Below are positions 38,906 through 53,500 of a stretch of DNA of 64,000 bases, one piece after another (the stretch's first letter is position 1; the number at the start of each line of letters is the position of its first letter). A model generated the notes under the pieces. The model did not search any database and was not told the DNA's origin. It saw only the letters and a list, made by a program, of their open reading frames with translations. Location: NCBI RefSeq assembly GCF_008831285.2, contig NC_045138.2:9486001-9550000 (forward strand). Direction: 5' to 3'. The stretch comes from Nymphaea colorata (Eukaryota). The position numbers and the translations under genes are program-made.

Positions 38906-39840
38906 GCCCCAAGCATAAAGTATAACCCGAGTCCAGCAGCTCATTATGGACGTGAAACCCTTCAAGGCATCTCCACGTATCACATAGCTACCAACAAAGC
39001 TCTCAATACCCTTATAAAAGCATGGTTGATGTCTTCAAGTAACATGCAATAAAGAAAGCTCCCAAGCATCCCAGACAATTCAATTATATACAAAAAATAA
39101 AGGATAAGTCTAACACACCAAGTCAAAAAATTGAAGCATATTACATGTGGAATCATAGATATTCCATCTTTATTCATAAAAAAGTGTTAAATATAACAGC
39201 AAAGATTGCATAAATTCAATTTGAAGAATACATAATCACAACGCTCCAAATATAACTGTCAACTCACCTGATTGGAAGCATACAAAGAACTCCTGCCACA
39301 CAGTATTTTGGTAAGCAAAGGAAGACAAGGCACTAAAATGCAGAAAAGAAGGTTGGTCATGCAATGAAACATGAATTTAAATGTGAAGACTGAGCAATGA
39401 GCACTTACTTTTTGGTTGGCACATGAAGATACTTCATGAAAGCTTCAGGAAACTGCTCAAAAAGCTCATGAACAGCATCAACAGAATGAATCTGAAACCA
39501 GAAAGTGAAAATGTTGAAGGAACAGCAGATTATCAATCTGGAAGGAAAAGTAATAAAGCAAGCACACCATACTAAATTTATAACATTAATTATTTCAGAC
39601 ACATAAAATAACTTGGTGTAAAAATATCAACTTAGAGCAAAAATATCTCAAAAAACCAAGCAAAACTCATGATTTTTCCAAGCAAAAAGCTAAACACTAC
39701 CACACTAAGATAATAAGATGAACGGCATACCTCGGCTAGACCATCACTTGCCCCAAGCAAGAAGCCAACAATTGCAGAAAAGAGTGTATAGAAAATCTGA
39801 AAAAGAGTGTATAGTAAATCTGAAAATCGAGAAGATAAAT
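36773..39840 (-). pseudogene. Callose synthase (CalS9/GSL10-CalS10/GSL8 clade) four-exon internal fragment: 39840-39731, 39491-39409, 39292-39268, 36870-36773
   Basis: Phase-compatible GT-AG exons IYLLDFQIFYTLFSAIVGFLLGASDGLAE | IHSVDAVHELFEQFPEAFMKYLHVPTK-K | SSLYASNQ | DYIPRDMAYAAKFAPFWNEIVKTLWEEDYITN. A 23-bp tandem duplication frameshifts the first exon; flanking exons of this large gene not found. Confidence 0.9.
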
Positions 39841-41199
39841 CTGCAAATAATAGCATATCAGTACGAGACAGCAGGAAAAAGAACTATTCAAAATCAAAGA
39901 CAATGAGCCGCTGCAGGACATTTTCATGAATTACACTGTCAACGAAAACGGGGGAAAATGGTTCTACAACCAACAATATGGAAAAATTTAACCACCTGAA
40001 ACAAACTTTTTAGCTAACACACAGTCATAAGACCCCAAACTATTAAGCTTATGAATTTGACGGTATCCAAGAACCAGAAACACCCTATTCTCCTAAATCA
40101 CAATTCACCTACAGAAGTTTTGACTTTGCACACCTTGACTAACCGCATAACATTAATCAATAAAATCTAAAAAATGCATGGATACAAAAGAATCATCAAT
40201 AAAGGAAATTAACAAATTTCAAGCAAAAACCGAGCTGTGCGAAACATATTGAGGTATATACAGCACTATCTGTAAAGAACTGCATCCATGTAGTCTAAGG
40301 CTCTCCAAAACCTAACGAAAGCTTAGCAGTTGATGTTCCCTTCAAAGCCAGAAAAGGTTTCAAGTACACAGCCAACAAAATTTCAGCGAACTTAAGGCAC
40401 AACCCCATCTCCACACTTAGGCAACCCAAGCTAGGGCTTTAAAAACATAACACATGTGTACAGACACTCCAAAATCTGCTACACCACATGCTATCATGAA
40501 TCATACCTCAATGTAGCATGGCCAAGCCCTTAGCACCAGGCCATGCCAACCTGCTAAGTCGCTAACTTGCTATCAAATGGCCATTCCATCATTGGCCCAA
40601 TTCAACATCTGATGTCCACCCCATTATTCCAAGTCTTTGCCAACTGCCTTCATGGTTGGCCTTCTCATAGGTGTTGCGGGTGCTACATTCTCAAGTGCCT
40701 CAGTGTATGTCACTAGAGAACTAGACGAAGCCGAAGCAATGAGTAGACCCTAGACCTTAGGCATGCCTAGGCTGGACTAAGTGCTCTAAATGAAAAATAA
40801 ATAAAAAATAAAAATGTAAAAACTAATAAAATGCAACCAAAATATTATTATATACTGTCACATATATAAACATATACATGATTATATACAGTCACAGAAA
40901 GACTGACAAAATAATACAAAACTAAAGATCGTTAAATAATACAAAATTTATTCATATAAATACACATACAATAACATCAGGTCTCTCTCTCTCTCTCGCT
41001 GGTTGGTCCACCAAAGCTATTGTTATAGACACCAAAGCTGCTTGCTTGTAATTGTGTCTCACTGAAGGATCTATAATTTAGTGGAAGAGTTGAAAGGGGA
41101 GAGGAAACAGACATTGGCCACCGACAAGGCATTGAAAAAGGAAAACCAAGAACCTAAGACAATAAAGCACCTAAACAACCCATGTCACAATGAAAGTGA

Positions 41200-43200
41200 A
41201 AACTAAACATGACACTATGCAGGAAACCATTAAAGCAGAAAACAATTGCCCAACTCAACATAATCAAACTAAATCAAAATCGGATCCTACTGAATACAAA
41301 TCAAACCAATGACCTTAACCGCTGGGCATGTGCAATAGCTAACTAAAGGATCTATTCAACTAACCTAACACTAACGTGATACAAGAGAAACTGAGCATTA
41401 TCCTCGTCTAAAACCATGAAGGACCTGAGGACATAAAACCCAAAACCCATGCAACTTCGATGAATAGAACCTTTCAAAAATTGATTGGTCCTTTTGAAAA
41501 GAGATAAGAGGTGTTCCATGACAAACTCAACCCTAAGTCTGGGTTATGTTGAAGACACTCGGTTGGAATAATGGGTCAGGCTTAATCACTTGTCCCAAAT
41601 GATATGCATTTCTTGAGACAAAGAAAATGAAATTAGTCACACTCAACATGAGTTGACTAGGTTCGTGGAGTTTCATCTATTCCATGAATGGACTAACAGT
41701 TTGGTAATAGAATAGTCAACATCTTTCAAGGCCAAAGGGGATTGAGAATGAAATGACAAACATATTTCAAGACCAAAGGAGATTGGTTAGTTCCTCCTAT
41801 GTCCAGAGATGTCAAGTTTTTAGTTTGAAATAGTTCACAAATGATCAATTTAACTAATAATCATGAGTGCTCGTGTTGTGCAAATAATATGGCCTTCATT
41901 TACACATAGCACATATCATACAAGCATTAGGATTCATTTCGTGTCAACGTCGTCAAATCTCTAGAAGGTATGCCTTTCAATTTCCAAATTATGAACATAA
42001 AGGAATCATCCTCAGCATCTTAGGTAATCAAAAATAGGAGAAGATATTGACCCTAGGACCACACATCTACCAAAGATTTTCACATTCAATTCCTGCGAGT
42101 TCAGCCTTCATGCCTTTCATCTCTTGGCAGACACCTTTTGCTTTTTTTTTCTCTTTTTTTTTTCTTTCTTTCTTTTGCATTCAGCTTTTGCCTTAAAATT
42201 TTTTTTTCCTTGATTTTTTTTTAGGCCGACCTTCACCTTTGAGGGAATACCTCACCACCCCAAAGGCTACTACGAAGCTCCACCGCTTTGGTGGTTATGT
42301 GTAGCTTTGTCGCATATCCAACCCACTTCACCTTGTGGGTTTTCGACGAGCCAAAGGTTCACAAGTCGTTATCTTCGCGGTATAGACATAAATCACCTAT
42401 ATGTCCACCCGGTACTCTTGATTACTGACCCAGAGGAACGACTACACAAGCCTCGAGCCAATCTCTCAACTCTCATTTTGCTACCTGCTAAGATCTTACA
42501 AAAGATTTTGACTTCTCTCTCAAGATATCTTCCTGTTAAATCCTTGCAAATGCTTGATTGCCAGAATCAATAGCATTTCCTAGTCTCGACTTTCTCAACT
42601 TCACATGACCTTTCCTTACTGCTCATATTCAAGATCTTTTCAGTTTTTCTCTTCCATTGTTTGGCAACAAAAATTTGAAATTTTATCATTTTGCTCAAGG
42701 AGGTACTAAGAATAAAGAAAAGCCACATCATTGTGTGAGAAAACACTTTTAAAATGTTTTTAAGCAAAACTCAAAATAATCACTTTTACAAAAATTCTTA
42801 ACATCAAATGGTATATCACCAAGATGAAGGAATTGAACTCTAAAGAAGAGGGTGAATGCAAAATAGCATAGATTGGTTGGATAGAAAAATGAACTTCACC
42901 AACTCTCCTGGAAACTTCTATACGAAAGGTTGGTTTAATAGTGATGATTTTCCATAAATGTTTGAGTCCTCAACTGATTGAAAGTTTTAGAAATGGTTTA
43001 GGTTAAGCTCTTATCTTTTCCCAAAGGAAGCCCGGGATAAACCAATCCTATGTGGTGGGTTTTGTAAAATCATCAACTGCATGATAATGACAACTACGGG
43101 ATTGGACTCTATTAGACTCTAAATGTACGACTATCCAGCAAAGTTTGATCAGTCTTGTGCCCTGGTTACATGATTAAACTTCAATTGCACAAGCTAATTG
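41200..43200. mobile_element. Probable non-coding remnant of an Athila-like Gypsy retrotransposon
   Basis: Motifs GAAGCTCCACCGCTT, TTTTCGACGAGCCAA, TTCGCGGTATAGACATA and ATTCCTGCGAG recalled from Athila-type non-coding regions; no termini or ORFs confirmed. Confidence 0.35.
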
Positions 43201-46200
43201 AAGTCCACTGTCAAAAAAAAAAACAAAAAGTTTCTTAAAGGCAAAAGAATACCAAAGTACAAAATGCTTAGGTTTATAATAATCAAGAAACTCCAGTACT
43301 TGCCAAAAAATCGTCATGAAATGTAACCATCAAAAAGAAAAACTAAATCAAAGTATGAATTTAGTGTGAACTGTCTCCCAAAATTATTCAATAATAGCCA
43401 AATTCAGAAGCACTTAAAGTGATCCTGTATGTGGAACAAAATACTTATACAATAACAAATTAATCAGAGAGAAATTGGCCACCAACCTGCTTAGCAGCAG
43501 AACACAACAGAAACAACATCAGTGATGAACTATCATATCATGAGGCCTGCAGGAAAGGATTCAGGAAAAGAGCATGCACTTTCTCATGAGCCCACCTCTT
43601 ATATGTGCTCCTGCATGTCTCCACAAAAAAGAAAATGCTGCAGGAAGACTACAGAACACTTCAAAAATATTAAAACGTACAACAGGCACAGAATTTAAAA
43701 GGCTTGCTTAGAGAACTGAAAACTACCACAAAAACATGCAATAAGTAACCAAAAAAACTAAAAACAGTACTGAGTTGGTTCAGTCTATGGGTTGTAGAAT
43801 GTAAATGCACATTCCGAAGGTGTGTTTGCATGGTCGAGAATAATATCCGCAATATATACATTTCATTTCCACTTTGACTTAATTTAGCAAAATATGTAAA
43901 AGATGAACAAGTTATAAAACAAAAAATGTATATTTAGAAGAAAAATTAAGAAATATGTATTACAAGATTTTGTTTGGCTGCTCATTAAGTAGTGAATATC
44001 TTAAGTTTGTGAGTTACTAAAGCAAAAAATGTCTTCATAAAACTCAGGCATTTGAAAAAGCTTGACACACAACTGAGCCTAGTTTGTTTAAAATCAATTT
44101 TGGCTAAATTTAATACCCAAGTTCAGCTAAAACATATTAGGCATCTGAATCTGATTGTACGAGAGGCACTTGGCCCTATGCTCACTGAGAATTATTATTT
44201 AACCATCAGCTGGAAAACAACCACTTAGTTTGATATCTGATCTGAAAAGAAAAGCACTTTTGTGTGTACAAAAATACTGCTCAGTGGATTCAAATATTGA
44301 ACCATTGAAACGTGTGCTGAAACAGTCAAAGCACTATACAGAAGTGCATGTGTAAAAACATATGAGACTATGAGTAGTCCTCTAAATTAGTTAAAGAGTC
44401 AAAGTCCATGGTTTTCCATTTGTGTTTACCTATCCCGTATGTTCTTTTTTTTTGTGTGTTTATGTATTAGGTTTTGTATTGTAAATGGTTTCATTAGTGA
44501 GGGCAATCTGGTCTTTTATTGTTTATTCAGTGAACAAGTTAGCATCACAACCCTCATATTGAAGTTCCGTTCTAAGTAGCAAGATGTTAAGTGCTGTTGT
44601 TCATGTACTGAAGACTAGATGTGAATAACAGCACACTTATCATTTTCTTAATTTGGTTTTGCAATATTCATCATATCGCTGGGAAGTGGGAACTTGATGA
44701 CAGAAAAAAAAAACGTTCTCATGTACATTAAAGGCTGGGTACATATGAATGGACCAGATTTAACGCCACTTTGACTCCATTATAATTTTCTAGATTTGGG
44801 TTGAGAAAAAGTTTGCTATGGTTTCTTTCATGTTTGACTGAATAACTAGCTAAAATCTGGGTTAGGCCTGATTATTATTTACGTGGGGGATTAGGGTCAG
44901 GTGCAGCCACAAGTGGGCTACCAATCCAGCCCATTAACAACCTTAGCTACTATTGTTGTCAAACCCTGTAAAGTTACCCTAGGGTACCTGAACATTATCA
45001 CTGGCCCTTTATGTGATGTTTTACCTTTTTGTTTCCTTTCTATTTTCTCTTGGCTTCTTGTTTGGTCCTGACATTGTTTTTAGATGCAGTATTCATGCTC
45101 TTGCTCTGATTTCTGGTAAGAAAGGGGCATTCTGCAATTTCTCAACAAGATATCATTGATGTTCTAGATAAGCAGTTGCTTGAGGGATATCTTTGAGACG
45201 TTCTCTTCCAAGCATTTAAACAACACATGCACAGGTTAAGTCAACTAAACAGTGCCTATTTTAAAAACCAAAAACCTAAACCCAGCTTTGAAACTTTTAT
45301 TACCATACAAATAGTTTGACATCGTCATCAAGCATCATTCAAGAGTTTCCAGCACTCAGCTAAGTTTTACATCTAATTTCTGAAATATACCAAGATGTTG
45401 GTGTAAAAAAAAAAAGAGATTCACTAGAAGAAAAAAAGAAGGCTTTGATATTCCATCCCACTCATAGGTATGCATAGTAAATAGTATTCTTGGACAGCAC
45501 CATCCTTGTGACACTAAAGGCCAAATGACAACAACAATATTCAGGGGAAACTTAGTCAAGATCAAGAAGAATAGAGTTATGAAAGGTCCAACTGATACAA
45601 AACAAGAGCCAGGTGTGACTGTGTGAGGAAAGACCCTCTCCTATCTCCATAAAGAGGACGTCTCCTACTAGTTTTGTTACCAACCACTTGAAAGCAAAAC
45701 AATCAGCTAAATATAAGAAGTATGAACAACAACCTAAATATGAGAAGCAGAAGTATGTTTCTTTGGTTACTTAATACAAATAATTTTCCCAGTTCATTTG
45801 CTAAAAGATCAATCAGAATATGTTTATTGAAACACTCTCATTCGTTTGAAATACCATATAACTCTATATTTGATCAAGGAACATGAGAACAGAGCAAACA
45901 AACAATTTTGACTAAATGATAACAAAGTTCTTGTGATGGTCACAAAATTACTTCTGTAATTTCACACACCATAGGATGTTTGTTAAATTGTAAAAGAATC
46001 ACTTATAACAAAAGATTTAAGATTTATCTAAGATAGGAGATTGTACATGCAAGAAAAGAGAAATTAATGCCAAAGGAATACTTCATAGATGACAGCAAAA
46101 AATTAACAGGCAGAGAGAGAGAGAGAACTCAAATCTAAAACACAAACTAAAACAAGAAAAGTATCATATTAGAACAGACTGATCCAACATAGCCTTGAAA

Positions 46201-46425
46201 CTATGAAACTTAGTCAAGCTATGAGTATCAAAAGGCAAATAGAGAAACCTGCAAAAAGACACCTGACGAGAACTCATAAGCAACACACGTATAATACATG
46301 TGTACATGTAATATACAAACGTAATACATGTGTATATTACATATATTTGTACATGTATATATATATAGTGCATACTGCATAGTACATATATGTCATACGT
46401 ATGCATACTATATAGTATATTATAC

Positions 46426-46460
<35 letters not shown>

Positions 46461-47134
46461 ATCATTCTTAAACTACTTCCACGTGATTACATAGTCTAAG
46501 CCAACCTAGTCCCGACACCCTTTCGACATGAAATATGTTTTATGCAGATAGTCTGGCAGAGATAATCAGATTAAAAGGAAACCTCAAAATGGACTAAAAT
46601 CCACCAACTAACTTCCATTGCGTCACTAGCTTCCTTCTTTTTTTGGTATTCAATCCGTGGATGCTCATCGAAACCCACGTCATCGCAGCAAAGCATTTCA
46701 CGTATAACAAATGTAGGAATCACGCTAAACTTTTGTGTTCAGATAGAGAGAGGGAGTGTATCGATTCGATATGCTTTGAGAACCCATGAACTAAGCCGAT
46801 CTCGCTCAAATGTTTGATCCGCCTATCCTCTTCTGAGTCCGCCAACATCTGGACGATTGCGAAACATTCAATATGGACAAAGGGAAAAATACAATGACAG
46901 ACGCTAATTTTTATGTGTATGAAGTGGAAATGCATGCACACAGAGTAAACAAGAGAGAGGAGGGGTGTACTGGATGCGCTCGTTGGCTCTGATACCGCTC
47001 GGCTTTGATCCTCCCAGTGCTCTTCCGGATCAACGCTATCAAAACGTTGAAGGAGGCATGACGATGCTAAGCTTTAGTTATATGAGACAAATATGAGAGA
47101 GAGCGAGAAGAGAGAGAGACCGACGTTTCCATGC

Positions 47135-47555
47135 TTAGCTGATGAACTCCGCCGATCTCGTTGCATTTTGTTTTTTCGTTCTTCTTTGATATCAACAAGA
47201 CCTGACGCAGAACTTCTACCGCGAGTGGAGGAAAAGCAGAAACAAGAACGCCAAATTTTAGCGATTATGAGATGAAAAAAGATATCAGAGAGTCAGAGAG
47301 AGGACGCTCACCAATGGCGACGCTGAGAACGAAAAGGTTTGGTGAACTCCGTCGATCTCTTTCTTTTAGTTCCTTCGTTCTTCTCCGATATCATCAAAAC
47401 CTAATGCAGAACTTCCGAGGCCGAGTGGATGAAAAGTACAAACAAGAACGCCAAATTTTAGCAATTATGAGATGAAAAAAGATAATAGAGAGTCAGAGAG
47501 AGGACGCTCACCAATGATGACGCTGAGAAAGAAAATATCTGGTTCTCCGTCGATG
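47135..47555. repeat. ~200-bp tandem repeat (about 2.1 units) abutting the truncated TOC159 fragment
   Basis: AAACAAGAACGCCAAATTTTAGC(G/A)ATTATGAGATGAAAAAAGATA..AGAGAGTCAGAGAGAGGACGCTCACCAATG at ~47240 and ~47440; TCCG(C/T)CGAT at ~47148, 47348 and 47546. Confidence 0.9.
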
Positions 47556-50500
47556 TTCCAACTCTGGTTCAATCACCAAGCACGTTGAACCATCATCACT
47601 TGAACCAGCTTCAACCATTCCCTCCATCAGGGCCTCATCTAAAACAACAGTCTCTTTTCCAAAACCGACGTTTATACACGAGGCAGCACCATTGGGGTCT
47701 TCCCTCTTAGCAGCAGTAGAACCCTTGGAGCCTAACGTCATGAAAGGTTCTTCATACACCCGCTCACCAACCACACCACTCACAGAAGCCTCAACCATAA
47801 TGGTATCCATGGAAGGTGAGTACTTCACATGTTCACTTGTTGCCTCAGCCTCTTTGTCAAACTTTCTACTAAAAGGTACAGTTCGTTTCATCTCCTCTAT
47901 GCTACGAACCTCATCTCCATCAACTCCAGCAACATCTACGTAGATAATGGACGAATCTACTTCTTCACGACCAAGTTCTGCAATTACCCTGGTGCCACCA
48001 GCCACTTTGGTCTCTATTGATCCCAACTTCCCGCCATTATCCTCTACCTCTAGAGAGCTCGTGCCAAAACAACCAAGGGTTTCAGCAATTGGGCCACTTA
48101 TAAAATCAGATTTTCCCTGCCCACCGTCAAAAAACTTCATCGTTCCGCCCGCTGCACCACTCTCCTTCCCCAACCCTACCCCTTCCGACGCCCAGCTCTC
48201 CTTCTCCTCAAACCTACCACCCACCAACCCCTGCTGCCCTGTTTCTACAGGGATTCTAAGTACACCAATGAACCCATCATCCCCATCGCTAGAAATGCCA
48301 TCCCGAACCTCACAATCTTCGTCTTCTGTCTCCGACGTCAGCTTCGCAACTGGCACCATCGTAACGGCCGGGCCGTAAATGGTGGGAGACGACGACAGGT
48401 CGTAGCTTCTCACAATTGGGACCCGACCACCGTCACCATCCTCCTGTTTCTCCTCCACAAGCTCATCTTCGAATCTTTTCGACGCATCCCAAGGCGTCTC
48501 CGAGGCGGTCTCGAACTCGTCGTCCCTGCTTAAGAAGCTTGCAGAATCATCGCTGAAATGGCTCGCCACACCTGTTATAGTCGTGTCCTCCAAAAGAATG
48601 CTCAACAACAATAAAAGAGGGCAAACCACCACAAAACTACTAAAAACGGAATCACAGGGCAGCGAGCATAAGATTGAATTTTCGACACCAATATTGCAGC
48701 AATATATATCAAAATATATACTATAGATGCAGAAAAAAAGGAGACACCAATTTACGTGAAAAAACCCCCAATAATGGGGTAAAAAACCATGGGCAAGAGA
48801 CACTTTCTATATATCAAGAAAGGGAGCCAAATACACGAGCAACAATATCCCTACTGTTTTAAGAAAAACAGTGAACTCAAGAGAACAATAACACTCTCTT
48901 ATGCGAATGAAAGAAAGATCCCCAAAGATTCAAGAAAGAAATCACCCAATGAAGACTCCCTTCATTTTTCCTTCTTTGTCTTTCCTCTTTCTTCTTGGCA
49001 TGCCAATCGACTCACGCGCCTTGCTTCTCTTCTTCTCTTCCTTGCCTTCCTCTTCTTCTTCTTCTTCTCCTTCTCCTCCCATATGCAGCCACAAGAGGTC
49101 CCTTCTCTTTTTCCCCAAAAGAGAACAACGAGAGAGAAAGATGTGAGGGGCGTCGTGAGGAAGGGGCACCATCGGGTGCCCTTCCTTTCTCATGCCCGTC
49201 ACTTAAGTGACGGGCTAGGTCAGGTCTTGAGGCTGGACCCGACCCAACAAACTCCCACTTCGGCCTCAAAATAGGGATCAAACCTGCAAAATGAACAAAA
49301 TTAATACACTGTCTTAAAGGCAGTCACCCCAACTAAGTCTCTACACATGTCATGCTTCTCTCCAGGTAGAGACTTCGTCATCATATCTGCAGGATTCTTC
49401 TCAGTATGTATCTTCTCTAACTGAATCAGTTTCTGCCCAAGTACATCACAAATCCAATGATATCTGACATCAATGTGCTTAGTCCTTGAGTGGAACGCTA
49501 AATTCTTCGCCAAGTGTATAGTACTTTGGCTATCACAATGCAACACATAGGTCTTCTGACTAAGGCCTATATCATGAAGAAAACTCTTCATCCACAACAA
49601 CTCTTTACAAGCTTCAGTTGATGCAATATATTCTGCCTCTGTAGTGGAAAGAGCAACACACTTTTGCAACCTAGACTACCTTGATACAGCTCCCCCTGCA
49701 AAAGTAAAAACATAACCAGAAAGAGACTTCCTAGAGTTCAAGTCACCTGCCATGTCTGCATCAACAAATCCTTGTATCTCTGGATTAGATTCACCAAAAC
49801 ATAAACAGTAAGTGGAAGTACTTTTCAGATACCTTAGGATCCACTTCACTGCTGCCCAATGCTCCTTGCCTGGATTTGATAAGAACCTGCTAACTACACC
49901 AACTGCATAAGCCAAGTCTGGGTGTGTGCAAACCATAGCATACATGAGACTCCCTACTACGGAGGCATATGGAACATTCTCCATTCTTTCTTTCTTATTT
50001 GCTGAAGAAGGACATTGCTCATTTCTCAATTTAAAATGTGTTGCTAAAGGTGTACTTACAGTTTTGGCATCTTTCATGTTGAACTTGCTAAGCACCTTCT
50101 CAATGTATTTCTCTTGTGATAACCACAACTTCTTGGTCTTCCTATCACGAGCAATCCTCATGCCTAACAATTGTTGTGCTGAACCCAAGTCTTTCATATC
50201 AAATAACTTGTCCATATCGATCTTCAATTGACTAATCAATTGACAATCCTGTCCAACAATAAGCATGTCATCTACATATAACAACAAGATAATGAAGTTA
50301 CTTGATGAGAACTCTCTGATGTAGACACAATGATCTACGGCTGACCTGCGATACTTTTGATTTATCATAAATGAATCAAATTTCTTGTACCACTGTCTAG
50401 GTGCTTGTTTAAGTCCATACAAGCTCTTCTTCAACTTACAAACCACTGCTCCAACTCCAAGTCTAGACAAGCCACCAAACCAAGTATTACCCTAATAGAT

Positions 50501-53500
50501 GACATTTTAACAACAGGAGAACAAATTTCATCAAAATCAATACCTCTTTCCTGCTTGAAACCTTTCACCACTAACCGAGCTTTGTATCTCAACTTGCCTT
50601 GACCTTCATTTTTAAGCTTGTAGACTCACTTGTTCTGCGACACTTTCTTACCCTTTGGTAGCTCTACCAAATCAAAAGTGTGATTCTTGTATAAAGAATT
50701 CATCTCATCCTTCATAGCTTTAATCCATTCATCTTTATGCACTTCATCTAGCACCTCTGCATAGCATTCTGGCTCTCCACTATCTGTAAACATAATATAT
50801 TCATCAATAGAATATTTAGTAGATGGTATACGTGTTCTTTTACCTCTACCCAATTGCTCCTCAATTGGCTCTGAATGCGAAGGAAGCTCCCCCTCCAACT
50901 CATGCTCATAATCAGTTTGAGTCTCCATAGGGCTGTCATCTGTATACTGTTCATTTATCTCTCTTTCCTCTTCCTCTACATCTTCATCAGTCTCACCATG
51001 CTCAGATGAAAGTTCTTCAGGTTCTGCATAGGTTGGTTCATGAACACCACTAGCATTCACACCTGACTTCGTGTCTCCCATGACATCTTCAATAGTATGA
51101 TCCTCTCTGAAGACAACATCACGACTCCTGTAGATTTTGTCATTCTTTGGATCCCATAACCTGTAACCAAATTCATCGTCTGCATAACCTAAAAAAATTA
51201 GAAGAATAGCTTTATCATCTAGTTTGGTCCTATATTCTTTAGGTACATGCATAAATGCTTTCCAACCAAAAACTTTGAGGTGATCATACTTAACCTCTTC
51301 ATCTGACCAAACTCTCTATGGAATGTCTCCATCTAAAGGCACTGAAGCAGACCTGTTTATTAAATAAACTGCAGTACGCATTGTCTCTGCCCAAAAATAC
51401 TTATGCAACTTAGAGCTAGGTAACAAACTTCTAACTCTCTCAATTATTGTTCTATTCATCCTTTCTGCAACTCCATTATGCTGTGGAGTATAGGGAAACT
51501 GTCTTTTCATGTCTAATACCATGTTTTAGACAATACTCTCGTAAAGAAAATGCTACGTACTCACCACCGTTATCTGTACGCAGTCTCTTCATCTTCTTAC
51601 CAGTCTCGCACTCAACCGCTGCATGAAAAGTCATGAAGATGCAACTTACTTCACTTTTGCTTTTCATTGTAAAAGCCCATACCTTCCTAGATGCATCATC
51701 AATAAATGTAACAAAACAGGATGCTCCACCTTTAGATGTTACATTTATAGGTCCACATACATCTGAATAAACTAAATCTAATACATGTTTAGTTTTTGAA
51801 GAGCGCCTTTTCTGAAAGGAAACTCGATGCAACTTACCAACCAAACAATGATCACATGGAGATATCTGTGCACCATCTGCCTTTGGTAACAAATTCTTCT
51901 TGGTGAGCAAGTCGATTCCTCTTTGACTCATGTGACCTAACCTCTTATGCCACAAATCTGACGAAGTACCACCAGTAACTGCATTGACATCCACACTACT
52001 GATTCGATACTTCATCCCATACAAAGAGCCAAATCTGTCACCTCTAGCCAACACTAGTGCCCCCTTGGTAATTTCCAACCTGTCTGACTAAACGAAGTAC
52101 AATATCCATCTTCACTTAGTCTTCCTGCAGAAATCAAATTCATTCTCAAGTCTGGAACATGTCTCACATCTCTCAAAGTCAACTTGCATCCTGTGCTCAT
52201 CTGAATGCAAACATCTCCTATCCCAACAATCTTCGAAGTGTCACTGTTGCCCATGTGAACTACTCCAAAATCACCTGCTCTGTAGGATAAGAATAACTCT
52301 CTACATGGTGTGGCATGATATGATGCCCCTGTATCTAAAATCCATGTAGAATCACCATTCTAAACTGTAAGACAATCATTTTCTTCAGATAAAAATAACA
52401 CTACCTCATCATCTGAAGCAACTGCAGTGTACTCTTTTGGCTTCACATTCTCTTGAATCTTCTTTTTCTGCTCTTTTTCTTCTTTCAATTTCCTGCAATC
52501 AATCTTCTTGTGCCCTGGAATACCACAGTGAAAGCATTTACCTGTCATCTTGAGTCTTGATTTGGACCTAGAGTTTGACCTATCATGCCATTTGTTACGC
52601 CCCTGTCTCCCATCATTAGCACTTGCGAGCTACCAGTACCAAGAGACTTTCTCCTTGTTTCTTCATTTAGAATGTTACTGGTTACATGCTTCATCGTAAG
52701 CACACCATCTGGAGCGGAGTTGCTCAAAGAAACAACTAAAGTCTCCCAACTGTCGGGAAGAGAACTAAGCAACAAGAGTGTCTGTAACTCATCATCTAAT
52801 ATCATTTTCATGGCTGACAACTGATTGATTATGCTCTGCACTTCATTCAAATGCTCTGACACTGGTTTTCCCTCTCTAAGTTTCAGATTTACCAATTGCC
52901 TAATCAAGAAAGCCTTGTTCCCAGCTGTTTTCCTCTCGTAAAGATCATGCAACTTCTGCCATAACGACTTCGCGCTCGTCTCTGCGGATACCAAATGAAA
53001 AACACAGTCATCTAACCATTGTCTGATGGTGCCAATGGTTTTCTTATCCAATAACTTCCATTTTTCATCTGTCATATTCGCTGGCTTCTTGTTCTCAATG
53101 GGTGCATATAAGTCTTTACAATACAGCAAATCTTCCATTTTTGCTTTCCATATAGTCCAATTGTTCCCATTTAAATAGACCATTCTAGTAGGGGTCGACT
53201 CCATCCTTTAATAAGAATGTACACAACCACCCTGGCGCTAACTTGGTGCTAACCTGGCTCTGATACCACTTTGTTATAGTCGTGTCCCCCAAAAAAATGC
53301 TCAACAACAATAAAAGAGGGCAAACCACCACAAAACTACTAAAAACGGAATCACAGGGCAGCGAGCATAAGATTGAATTTCTAACACCAATATTGCAGCA
53401 ATATATATCAAAATATATACTAGAGATGCAGAAAAAAAGAGACACCAATTTACGTGGAAAAACCCCCAATAATTGGGTAAAAAACCACGAGCAAGAGAGA

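Noticed and set aside
47508..48803. 431-aa ORF as an intact gene
   Set aside because: Chimeric: the first ~77 codons are Copia LTR, the rest the TOC159-like fragment ending in a tandem repeat.
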